This document shows, in pieces, positions 40,120-50,610 of a DNA stretch of 64,000 bases. Below the pieces are notes generated by a model, which was not told the origin of the DNA, did no database searches, and saw only the letters and a program-made list of their open reading frames with translations. Each line of letters begins with the position of its first letter. The stretch's first letter is position 1. The position numbers and the translations under genes were made by a program. The DNA lies in assembly GCA_051294375.1 (NCBI GenBank), contig CM119264.1:12792813-12856812 (forward strand), read 5' to 3'. Source of the DNA: Paraspadella gotoi (taxonomy: Eukaryota; Animalia; Chaetognatha).

Positions 40120-40388
40120 NNNNNNNNNNTCAACGCTGCCGCCGCTGCCGCCGCTGCCATCGGCGCCGTAGCTGCCACTGCCTTCGCCGCCGCCGCAGTT
40201 CACCTCGCTTTCGATTANNNNNNNNNNNNNNNNNNNNNNNNNNNNNNNNNNNNNNNNNNNNNNNNNNNNNNNNNNNNNNNNNNNNNNNNNNNNNNNNNNN
40301 NNNNNNNNNNNNNNNNNNNNNNNNNNNNNNNNNNNNNNNNNNNNNNNNNNNNNNNNNNNNNCGCCGGCTTCGTCGTTTCCGGTCTAAG

Positions 40389-40397
40389 ATGGAAAAG
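40389..40397 (+). CDS. Acyltransferase exon 1 (MEK)
   Basis: AAGATGGAAAAG|GTTAAC, phase 0 matching exon 2; same arrangement in the duplicate at 39906. Confidence 0.6.
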
Positions 40398-40435
40398 GTT
40401 AACGACATCTTCCGATGATTGAACTCACTTAGTAT

Positions 40436-40878
40436 TGAAGAGACAGTAATTATTGTTATTTGTTAGTGATAGAACCGTTCAATATATAAGCAGTCTCTTC
40501 AGTGAATTGTTGTTGTTGGTGGAAAGTTCATCACCAAGTTGAGGCATATCGCCTGATGTGTTGTGGGCGGAAAGTGCATCGCCAGGTTGAGGCATGTCGC
40601 CTGAAAGTGTTGTTGTTGCTGTTGTGTTCGGAAGTCGGGCTCACCAATGAAGAGACAGTGATTATTGTTATGTGTTAGTGATAGAACCGTTCAATATAAG
40701 CAGTCCCTGAGCTTCGGATCAGGCTGTAACACCGAGTTACAGGTGGGTTAAAAGCCCCCTCCCTCTTAACAGCCAGGCGACCACCGGGCTAGAACCCCGG
40801 ACCTTTGGGTTGGGAGGCGAATGACTTCCTCCGACACCAATGGCCGCTGATGAACGGTTGGTGGATTTTAGTCCACCA
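40436..40878 (-). mobile_element. 443-bp intronic insertion with TG..CA ends, tRNA-derived segment and PBS-like motif (TRIM/SINE-like)
   Basis: TAGTAT duplicated at 40430-40435 and 40879-40884; absent from the duplicate intron (empty site CACTTAATATCCG near 39943-39955); tRNA-like 40777-40847; about 60-bp internal direct repeat at 40436 and 40648. Confidence 0.8.
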
Positions 40879-41028
40879 TAGTATCCGATTATCGATTTAA
40901 AGCGACGAAAGTGGCGACACTATGGGTTCAGTCCCCGTTAGACGATCTGTTTATATATATATATATTTTTTTTTTTTCACTCTCACCTCCTTTCGCCCTT
41001 TCTCTCTTTTTTTTCAATTTCTCAACAG

Positions 41029-42450
41029 GGACGCCTCTTAAGCCAAGTCGAAGCAGAGTTTCAGATTCGTCGAAAACATCCGGAAATCGTCGACGCCAAC
41101 CTACTCTACATCGAGAGCAACATCTGGCCGATCGACGCTGCTCTACTGAGGGGGGCAGCGCTGCTGGTGGCGACAAAGCACCCGCTACTGAGGTCGAAAG
41201 TAGCATTGACTAAAGATGACGAAGATTGCGAATCGTTCTATTTTGAAGAGATACCCAAGTTTCGTCCCGACGTCTCGGAGACATCGACGAAAGACTGGAA
41301 AGTGGCCTTCGACGTGGACATTCACAAAGGATTCGATCACGAGAACGGCCCACTTTGGCGTCTCACGCTTTTGCCATGGACCAAAGAAGACGGAAAATAC
41401 AAGAACGTGATGGTGGCCACTTTTTTTCACGTTTTAATGGACGGTCGCTCTTTAATGATGTTATTCGACGAGCTGTTGGATGCCCTGTCGGAGCTGGCTG
41501 CAGGGCGGGAAATGGGAGAGGCGTTTCCCGTCGTGCAGTCTCTACGGCCGTGCGGTCCAATCACGAAATGTTTACCAGAAAATCTTGTGAACCCGTCTGT
41601 CTTTACTAGACTGTTCACTTTCACACGGCTAAAGCTGTTCGGTGAGTTGCCTCTCAAACCTTTGGTCGATTGCGCTCTGATCGAAGCGACGAAGGACGAA
41701 CGATCTCAACTTCGTTCGCCCGGAAAAACTCGACTCATTCAGATTCAACTGAGCAAATCTGAATTGGCCAAGCTTCTGCACCTCTGCAGATCTTTCGGCG
41801 GCAAACTTCACGGGGCCTTGGACGCAGCTTTTCATTTGGCGTTGAGCGCCACCATCGACGATTGCCACCGACGCTCAAACGCCAAAGTCAACACCGATTC
41901 TTTGGAAATCAACTCCGCTTACAGCATCAACGCAGGCCACCTGGCGGTCAGGCAAGAGGACGAGGAGTACTTGGGCGACCACAGCACCATCTGCGGACGG
42001 AAAAGAATTCTCACCACTGAAGATCGAAAGGAGGAAAATTTCTGGCGTCTCGCGAAAGAATTCCATGGTCAAATCCACGGGCGTCTGCGAGACTTTCCTT
42101 TCTCCGAGGAAATGCGTTTGTTAGAATTCGTCTACAGATTCTTCCCATCTTATCACAATCGTCTGTGCCTCGACCCGTTCAGAGGCAGACGTATCGACGT
42201 CAAAGCTTTCCTCGATTTCGGAATCTCCAATCGAGGAGCCTTCAAGACGAGGTCCAAGCAGTTCCGGTTGACGGCCGTCTTCAACGGAATTGCGCTGCAA
42301 GGATTGGGAAAGCCGTTTTACAATTTCATCACTTCGTGCAACGGGAGGCTCTGCTGGTCGGTGGTCTATTGCGATGAATACGTGACAACGGAGACGGCAG
42401 AGAAGTGCGCGGCGCATCTAGACAGAATACTGAAGGAATTGTTACAGTGA
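41029..42450 (+). CDS. CoA-dependent acyltransferase (alcohol acetyltransferase / condensation-domain fold), main exon; about 476 aa in total
   Basis: The frame is open upstream of the called ORF back to the CAG acceptor at 41026-41028: GRLLSQVE..KHPLLRS..GPLWRLTLL..FFHVLMDGRS (HxxxDG catalytic motif, 41428-41445)..ISNRG..GRLCWSVVY; TGA at 42448-42450. Confidence 0.88.
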   Translation, partial: GRLLSQVEAEFQIRRKHPEIVDANLLYIESNIWPIDAALLRGAALLVATKHPLLRSKVALTKDDEDCESFYFEEIPKFRPDVSETSTKDWKVAFDVDIHKGFDHENGPLWRLTLLPWTKEDGKYKNVMVATFFHVLMDGRSLMMLFDELLDALSELAAGREMGEAFPVVQSLRPCGPITKCLPENLVNPSVFTRLFTFTRLKLFGELPLKPLVDCALIEATKDERSQLRSPGKTRLIQIQLSKSELAKLLHLCRSFGGKLHGALDAAFHLALSATIDDCHRRSNAKVNTDSLEINSAYSINAGHLAVRQEDEEYLGDHSTICGRKRILTTEDRKEENFWRLAKEFHGQIHGRLRDFPFSEEMRLLEFVYRFFPSYHNRLCLDPFRGRRIDVKAFLDFGISNRGAFKTRSKQFRLTAVFNGIALQGLGKPFYNFITSCNGRLCWSVVYCDEYVTTETAEKCAAHLDRILKELLQ

Positions 42451-42512
<62 letters not shown>

Positions 42513-43036
42513 ACACACAGACACACATACTCTATAGCATTTTCCCTGGGCTCACTTTACTACTCACTGTATAGACAAACGGGTGAAAGCGTATCTTGAT
42601 GAGGCATCTTTATCGAGTTAATATGACTGCAAACGCTGTGTTTTCATGACAATCTTTAAATTTTCGAGACATTTTTTTAAAGAAATAGCATTAACATTTC
42701 TAAACGCTTCCGAAACTTTTTTAGTTCAATTGATTTCTAAAATTATACATGAAAAATGGAAAATAGTATAATTAGTTGGCTTCTTTGACAAAGGAAAATT
42801 ACGAGAGCGCTTTCAGAAAAGAAGCGAAAGAAAAATTACTAAACAAGAAGTAATTAAAAACACAAAAAAAGTTGCGTCTGTGCAATCTCGAGAACCATAA
42901 CACATGAGTCGCCGACTCAACCACCAAAGGAGACAATTTATTTTTAATGGTCCGACGAACTAATGAGAAGGCCATTCGGTTAAGAAACGCCGCGTTCACT
43001 CAACCAGTTTTAACAAAGTCCAGGGCCGCTGTCCTT

Positions 43037-43345
43037 GCGTGCGTGCGTGCGTGCGTGCGTTCGTTTGTTCTTTCTTGTTTCCTTCCTTCTTTCCTGAATA
43101 CTTTTTTTTTCGAATCTTTTTTTCAGTCTTACTTCCACTCTGACACCTTCCTTCCTTCCTTCCTTCCTTCCTTTCTTCCTTCCTTCATTCCTTCCTTCCT
43201 TTCTTCCTTCATTCCATCCATCCATCCATCCATCCATCCTTCCTTCCTTCCTTCCTTCCTTCCTTCCTTCCTTCCTCCTTCCTTCCTTCCTTCCTTCCTT
43301 CCTTCCCTCCCATCTTACTTTTCTCTCTCCCTCCCTCCCTTCCTT
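43037..43345. repeat. Compound (GCGT)n/(TTCC)n/(ATCC)n microsatellite
   Basis: Direct reading. Confidence 0.85.
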
Positions 43346-43686
43346 TCCTTGCTCACCCTTCGACCCCTTCGCGTTTTGTAAATCGAAAGCGGTTTATGAC
43401 CCTTGTTCCCGGCTTCCGCCTGGCTTCGTCGCCTCGGTGTCGAGTCTCACGGCAGCGAGCGCTCGCAGTTTTCGTATTCCGCGGACAAACGCTCGCTGTC
43501 TTTGTTCTGGCTACATTCAACCTGCGGTTGTTTAGGAACATATCTGAATTTTTGCCCTATTGACTTCTTTGGCATTTTGTGACGTTGCCACCATCGATTT
43601 TCGATTTTTTGATATTTATTAATGAATTGTGGCGAAAGCTAAATTCGCCTCCCGCATTGCTTGGAGACACTCTGATCGTCCCATTG

Positions 43687-43865
43687 GATTGTACAGCTCA
43701 GTACTCGTTCACCAACCTTGAGTTCCGGGTTCAATCCCCTCACGGTCGCGATGGTTAAAGTGTGATGGCGTCGGCATAATCGCATAATGCCATGGGGTGG
43801 TCACTACAGGTCCAAACCCTGAGCGCCAGCTGTCTGGAGATACCTCACTCCTCGGGCATCAAACA
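43687..43865 (+). mobile_element. tRNA-derived SINE-like element
   Basis: A-box-like ACAGCTCAGT, B-box GGTTCAATCC (43728-43737), acceptor-like pairing GATTGT/ACGGTC, GC-richer tail; no valid anticodon arm. 3' end approximate. Confidence 0.55.
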
Positions 43866-43957
43866 TTTTGACTTAAACAAGCGTAAAAAGACTAGTTTCT
43901 TAATTAGAAAAAAACTTCAAAATCGAATTTAAAACAAGTGAAAACTTTTTTTGCACG

Positions 43958-44525
43958 TCATATAATGTTGCAAGTGGTACTTTTGTCGCCATTTCTCTTG
44001 GTGATTAATGTTCTGCTTTGGTTGTTTTCGTTCCTTTGCCTTTGACTGTTTTTGAAGGAATAATTGTGCTTATTTTCTCGTAATTTTTCTTTGTTTGTGT
44101 GATTGACGAAATTATCTTTGACGTCATTTTCGTTTTTTCTCGATTCATTTTTGTCATCATCACACTCATCGCTTTTTCTTTCGCCGGCAACGCCCACTTG
44201 AGCGAGGGCGTCAAAGTCTAATCCGGCCCCGCCCACCGGCGAGGCGGATTCCGACATAAATCCGGCACCTGCCGATTTAGATCCGATTTTGACGGGCGAC
44301 TTAGTTTCTGACTCTAATTCTTCCCTCTCAGTCACCCCGGCGTCGACTGCGATCACGGAAAGATTATTCGAAACGGCGATGGGCGCCGAAACGCTGGCGG
44401 CGCCGGATCTGCGTCTCCTGCTTTCGCGCGATTCAGAAAAACGGCGTCGGCGTCCGTTAGAAGACGTGGAGGCGCGAGTGATGGCAGCGGCGTCCTCCTG
44501 CGAAATCGAGGCGCCCTCTCGCGAA
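43958..44525 (-). CDS. Coiled-coil protein, last recognised exon (Ser/Arg-rich)
   Basis: TCCTTCCTTCTTTAG acceptor, phase 2, joins the 43958..44566 ORF; the true end could be an earlier donor near 44197. Confidence 0.55.
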
Positions 44526-44636
44526 CTAAAGAAGGAAGGAAAGATTACTTTGCGACGGAGAGACATCGACAGCGGGAAGTAGACAAAGTATTTTCAGTTT
44601 ATCCTAATGAAGGTGAAAAATGAAGGCATCCATCAC

Positions 44637-44992
44637 CTTCGTTTTTCGATTTCTTCTTCCTTGTCTTTTTCTTTTCCCTCCACGACAAATTCTCTTTCTA
44701 TTACGTCCGGGTTCCTCTTCTTCTTTATTCTTTCTTCTTCGTCGTCTCCTTTTACCTCCTCGGCCTCCTCTTTCCTCGCTTCCCTCCTCTCGTTTCCACT
44801 TTCCTCCGTCCTCTCCTCGTCTCTCACACTTCCACTCTCTTCTCTCTTTTCCTCTATGTCCTCGTTCCTCCCTTCTTTGTCTTCCAATCTTCTCTTCAAC
44901 TCTTCCACTTCCTCCATCAACTCTCGATTTCTCCCTTCCATCTTCTTCAGCCTCGTTCTCGTCTCCGTCATTTCGGCCTTGTGTTTAAGCGC
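44637..44992 (-). CDS. Coiled-coil protein exon (Glu/Lys/Arg-rich)
   Basis: ALKHKAEMTETRTRLKKMEGRNRELMEEVEELKRRLED..; TAG acceptor, AG|GTGATG donor. Confidence 0.7.
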
Positions 44993-45161
44993 CTACATAA
45001 TATGGACAAGAATGAAGGGTAAATGAATGGCTAATAACAAGTTTTTAAGTGAAATTATGAAAGTGAATGTGAATGCTAATTTTTTTCCTGTAATTGATTT
45101 ACATAGCGATATAAAATTTAATATTTATCATAGAAATTCTTAAAGAAAAAGCGATGTTCAC

Positions 45162-45264
45162 TTGAAAGTCGGCGACTTGAGAGACACGCAGCGACTCTCG
45201 ACGAAACTCCGCCTCCGATTCTCGCTTCGAAATCAAATAAGCCTCAGAAGGAAAGGTGTCAAGA
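45162..45264 (-). CDS. Coiled-coil protein exon
   Basis: LDTFPSEAYLISKRESEAEFRRESLRVSQVADFQ; phase 2/0. Confidence 0.65.
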
Positions 45265-45463
45265 CTGAAAACAAACGTCCATGAAATTAGTACAAGCATT
45301 AAAAAAAATATTTATTCATTCGATAAATTAGCTCGTATTCTGCCAATGAATTTGAAATGGGTATATAGTAATTATGTTATATATGCTATAGTAAAAATGG
45401 CTAAAATAAATAATTTGTTCAATTACCGACAAATAAATAAATGAACCAACTGATCTCACTGAC

Positions 45464-45597
45464 CGTTCGTCGAAACAGGAAAACCCCGCGTCTAATTCAA
45501 GCGTTGGCGTCACCGGTTGTGAGGTGGGCGTGCCAGGTGACAGAGGTCGAGCATCGCTGATACGAATCGAAGATCGGCGCCTCTCGTGCTCTATCGT
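45464..45597 (-). CDS. Coiled-coil protein exon (Ser/Thr-Pro-rich)
   Basis: TIEHERRRSSIRISDARPLSPGTPTSQPVTPTLELD..; phase 0/2. Confidence 0.65.
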
Positions 45598-45706
45598 CTT
45601 AAACAATGGGACAATAAATTTTGGTCGTTACTTGGCTAGAGATGCAATAATATGATAAATATATAAAAAACGTAAAATGTCGAAGAGAAAAGCAATTTTC
45701 ATTTAC

Positions 45707-45812
45707 CGTTTCGAGATTTTGAATCTCTCTTTTCTTAGCGACGACAGACTTTTGTTTTTCTTGAAGAATCTCGTCCATTTCCTCTAATTGGCTCGTGGCG
45801 TCCTCAAACGTT
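45707..45812 (-). CDS. Coiled-coil protein exon
   Basis: TFEDATSQLEEMDEILQEKQKSVVAKKREIQNLET; phase 2/0, GTAAAT donor. Confidence 0.7.
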
Positions 45813-45931
45813 CTAGAATTTAAGATTATAAAAGATAAAAAAAAGATAACAAACGAACATTTCAAAATTCTGGAAAAACGGAAACAAAAAGAGAAGGAAA
45901 AAACTAACGAAGCGATTTCGTTTTGACTCAC

Positions 45932-46300
45932 TTCTGCCTTTCCATCAAATGCTTCTCCAAACCGTCCAATCTGCGATTCCATTCCTTGTATCGCTCCCAC
46001 CTTCCCTTCAGCTTCGATCTTCTCTCGTCCAGCGCGGCCGACAGAGAATTAAGTACTTCACCGCTTTCTTTCGCCTCGGCCGCCCGGGTCTTGACGTCGG
46101 CCGTCCGGGTCTTTGCCTCTGCAGATCGACTCTCGTCGTCCTCTCGCCCTCCGTCTCTTTTAATACTTTCGACGACGCCTTTGAAGGATCGTTGGCGATC
46201 GAGCGATGCGGCGCCGTCTACTGAGTCGTTTGGGGCCGAGTTTGGTTCTCGTTCATAGTTTTGGACGTCGTCATTCCCGTCGGCAAGGAGTTGAGAAAAT
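45932..46300 (-). CDS. Coiled-coil protein exon
   Basis: FSQLLADG..LDERRSKLKGRWERYKEWNRRLDGLEKHLMERQ; CAG acceptor, GTGAGT donor, phase 2/2. Confidence 0.7.
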
Positions 46301-46394
46301 CTGATGGTAGAGAAAAATAATTATAAATACGTCGTTTATAATTATACTTTAACCTCGTTACACTATGAAAAAAAAATCATGGTCCCTCCAGTAC

Positions 46395-46702
46395 CTCCTA
46401 TCAGTCCTCAGCAGCACCTCCAGCTGATCCACACCCATCTTCTCCGCCGTGGCTTTCAACTTCTCTTCCTCGTCCGTCGCTCGCAGATGAAATTCTTTCA
46501 TTTTCATCACAGTCGAAGTCAATTGTTCCAGCGAGACTTTCTTGTGTATTCCCTCGCGGTCCGTACGGTCTGGCGTCCGATCTCTCTCGCGGTTCGTACT
46601 GTCGTCCGATCGCCCGTTATGGGGATCCGTATTATGATTCATGCTACGCCTTCGTCCGTTAAGTGGGTCGAGTTCTCGCGCTGCATTTTCTTCATTACCT
46701 AG
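46395..46702 (-). CDS. Coiled-coil protein upstream exon, part downstream of the hAT insertion
   Basis: LGNEENAARELD..LEVLLRTDR AG|GTAC is phase 2 and matches the next exon; with the transposon removed the frame continues up to an ATG at 50636. Confidence 0.5.
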
Positions 46703-49700
46703 TAGCGCGGAGTATAAATACAAAACTTTCAAATTCCTTTCTTGTGCCCCCTTAATTTTTGAATTAAGTGTAGTGTTATGCCCCTAGAAGTAAAAAACCA
46801 ATATTCGCTGGCCCAGTTTTCCCGTCCTATCGAGTTTATAATACGACCGAAGCTGAATGATGCAAAAAAATTGACAAAAAATCTACAAAAGATATTTGAT
46901 TTGATTTGATTTTTTTAATGTAATATAGTTAAAATAACAAAAATTATTATTATTTTTATGTTCTGAAATCTAAATTATAGATATTTATGAATATTTATTT
47001 AAGCTTTTTAGTATGGTTTTCTATTACGAAACAAAAAAAAGCCAAACGAGACATGAGGGCCGCTCAGGTAATACTGCTTCAAACAACGTACCTGGAATGG
47101 AGAAAAAGGATTAATATATTACTTATTTTACTTACTAATAATATATAATATATTTAATATATAATATTAATAATATAATAATAATATTAGGTTACAACGG
47201 TCACAATTGGTAAGGCTTCTAGCCCGAAGTTTTCCAGACTATAGGTAAACCATTTATTTTATTTTATGAAGAATCAAAGTAGCCGAATCCCAACAGTTCT
47301 GATAACAGTGACAGTAATATGTGAGAGACACCACTGCTAAGCAGAACTATCAGGGCTCAACCCTGAGCTAAAAAACAGTACCAATATATAACAAGATATC
47401 TTAAGAATTAAAATTCTTTTTAACAAAAGGAGTTTAATAAACATCGAATATACTAATTTAATGACTTTATACAAAATGCGCCACAATGGATAAGAAATAG
47501 AAACAGCACAAGCAGCCACTTAAAAGCCTTACAAACCTCTCGGAGGATTCACAGGCAGCTTTCTAGCGCCATGACACCACCGAGGTAACATTCAGAGGAT
47601 TCACAGGCAGCTTTCTCTTTGAGCGCCATGACACCACTAAATAACAGGCTTCTAATAGGCGCCTTAAAAATGTTAGTTCAATTTAATTGCTAGCACATTG
47701 AATAAAGTTGAGTAAAGAATCTTATTTCTGCTAAAAATAATGTTTATTTAAATATCTAACATATTAATCAAGTTTTTTTTTGTATCAGCTTTAGGAACTG
47801 CTAATCGCGAAGCAATTCTAGCAACGTATGTACCCATCTCGGTTATTAAAACCAGCAACATGAGTCGCAACATCTGTTATGTCTCTTATTAAACGTTCAA
47901 CCGATTGTGTATGTGTTGGAAATGGGGGAAGAATGAGCTTTTCAAATTTAATATTTTAGTTCTTTAATTGAAAGTGAACAAGTTAAGATTGATTCGGTTA
48001 TAACAACTTTTTCCCAATCTATAATATCAACATAATTTATTGCATTAAAATTCAAATTCGGAGGCTTGAAGATCCTTACAGATTTGTCACCAATGTCGGA
48101 GCCTTTTCTTAACTTGAAAATCTTTTCAAGTGCTTGAGTTCTAATTTGTGAATCATCATCTGACAACATAGCTAATAACAAACTTTCAGGATGAGCATAC
48201 CATGACTTTATATAAGGCTTCACAATTGGTTTTGTTTTGACAGTGAGGTACCGAGTAATTGTATCTGATAAAAAACATTTTTTGGAGCTACCTTGAGATC
48301 AGATAAACATTTCCACTCAAACCACATGACTGCATAATTCGATACAATAAATACAATAACCTCATAGAGATTTTTTTTTAACTTTCCCTTCAAGCCATTA
48401 AAAGACATATATAGACGAAGTAAGCGACATGCAAGAGTTAACCATCTGGAATGGCTGATTGGTCCCGGAGTTATGTTTCTAAGCTCATGACAAATTTTTC
48501 CTTCCCTTATGCTTTCTACGCATACCAGAGGTAGCGTTGGTCACGGGAAAGATCTGAAACCACCTGCTCAGGGAGAAGTCGAATTCCTGGCCCAATGTCA
48601 ACCTTCTCAAAGTTTTCATTCCAAGACAAAGATTCAACAGACTGGAGAAGTGGTCCAATGGGAGCTTCAAAAGAATTTGAACCACTTGTTTTTGCAAGAA
48701 TCTTCTGGACAAGATGACGGAGGCCTAATTCATTTGTATGAAGGCTGCAAATCATCCAATGAAATCGATGTCCACATATCTTTTCTATGTGTGCAAAAGT
48801 TCCATTTCCCATCCTGTGTTGGTATTGGTTGAGTCTCCTCCTAAAACCATCCAATTGTCATTCAATTTGTTTTGATGAACAAAATCTTAATGGCAGTTGC
48901 ATGTCCTTTTTTTGATGGTGGCGTTAAATGAGTGACATATTTTCCGCTAGGTTGCTCAATAACCGCAATTTGTTCTTGCTTCTCTGTTTTTTGTTTAAAG
49001 CCAGTTTCGGTTTCCTCAATTTCTATTGTTGGAATGATCTTTCCATCAAAAATATAATGCTTTTATTCCGCTGGATTTTAAATCCGCGATTTCTTTTTCT
49101 TGATAACTTTTTATCAGCTTTTCTTTTTCTCGTCTTATTTATTTCGGTCCACAATTAAGGTTGAATTTTCTTCTGTGACAAGACCAAAGTCGATTAATGT
49201 TGCAGTGACTATCGCAGCGACCATTCTATCGGAAGTTTCTGGCCAGCGCATTGCTTCTCGCGCTACGTGAGGAAGAGATTGACGCATTTCATTTTTTCTT
49301 TGAATTTTTTATCAATTCGTTCATTGTGAAAATCAACATCTTTTTCATCAATATCACATGAAATCTCACCTTGACAATCATTGAAAAAATTTTGCATAGT
49401 TTTTGGTGAACCTCTTCTTCTTTAGTTGCTATTTTTCTATTTTCATTGAAGCTTTCTTGCTTTTCTTTTCCTTTTTCATTTCTCTCAAGTTTTTTTTGCA
49501 GCCGTTTTGTTTCTTGTTGATCAATACGTCCAAGCCGTAATTTTCCAAGATGACCGACTCTTTCTCTTTGGTCCTTGATAAAAGAGAGTTCCGTTTTGGG
49601 GAATTTTATTTTCCTGTGGACATGAGCACACGATATGTGCTTTTTCCTCACAATTTCCGTCACAGCCAATGGTTGCATCATCACAGCTTTTAATGATACA

Positions 49701-50610
49701 CTTACAGCGGAGTATATCAAATAAGCGATCCAAGCGATCGTCAAAACCTTTTCTTTGGCCTTTTCTGTTTTCTGTTCGTCGAAATTCTGATGCGAGGTTC
49801 CATTCCTTTGAAATTCGGATGCGAATGGAATTTTCATTGAATATCGCAAGTGAAGAATTTGTTTTTCTGTAAAGTGCGATTATTTCACACGCTATGCTTT
49901 TGAAAAACCGATGCCATCTTCCCCTTTTTCCTGAAGGTTAACGGATTAAGTTTAATACTAATTCTCGATATTTTAAAATATTTAGTTGCTTAATACTCTT
50001 TAATAAGATGTATTTAAAATAATTTGAAAGCAAGAAATTATAACTAGTTATAAAAAAGCCTTAGCAATCGGATTAACATTCGTACAACCTGCTTGAAAGA
50101 CAAGCTTTCAGCACGTCGCGAAGCAAGGGCAGATCGGCGTTTGTAAAGGCTTAGATGACCCTATGACTGGATTAATATACAGTCTTGGGTGTTTTTTTGC
50201 TTTTGGCATTGTGTTGTGCTTTAAATACTATCTAATTACTAAAGCTACGAATAAATAAAAGTTTTTCCGTAATATATCGCATAAAAAAATTTCTTCGTTT
50301 AAGAATCGTCGCTCTTTACGTCGGATGAGTATATTTCACTGCTCCAATAGAAAGCTGGGATCTCATTTAAATTCGACCAATCAGAGGTCCGCGCTCGAGT
50401 TTGGGATTTGAGCAGACGACAAACTGGAGAATTCTTGGACGGCTCGAAATTTTCAAGAACGCACGAACACATGTACCTTTTGTCCTCGACGGAAGCGGTT
50501 AGCGACTAAAACCACCCGAAAATGTTATAATTTTATTAAAAAATATATAATATCAAAATATTAAGGGACACAAGATGACAAATCAAGGAATGTATTTATA
50601 CTCCGCGCTA
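46703..50610 (-). mobile_element. hAT-superfamily (hATm-like) DNA transposon, 3908 bp
   Basis: Perfect 20-bp TIR TAGCGCGGAGTATAAATACA (46703-46722 / 50591-50610); 8-bp TSD TTACCTAG (46695-46702 / 50611-50618); internal transposase remnants. Confidence 0.9.
47770..50000 (-). pseudogene. Frameshifted hAT-type DDE transposase
   Basis: LFDILRCKC..CSCPQENKIP..ELSFIKDQR; WMICSLHTNELGLRH (CxxH); PGPISHSRWLTLACRLLRLY; YAHPESLLLAML; FPTHTQSVER (catalytic E); split over several ORFs. Confidence 0.85.

Noticed and set aside
40777-40847. Functional tRNA-Gly gene
   Set aside because: The anticodon stem does not pair and it lies inside a TSD-flanked insertion.
40846-40930. CTGATGA..GAAA as a hammerhead on the plus strand
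   Set aside because: It straddles the insertion boundary, and stems I and II do not pair convincingly.
43687-43747. Functional tRNA gene
   Set aside because: D and anticodon arms are degenerate; better explained as a SINE head.
43958-46300. The missing myosin rod exons
   Set aside because: They contain proline-rich and low-complexity breaks and lack the 28-residue myosin rod pattern; modelled as a separate gene.
47541-47637. CRISPR-like direct repeats
   Set aside because: Only two copies, inside a hAT element in a eukaryotic genome, with no spacer array or cas genes.
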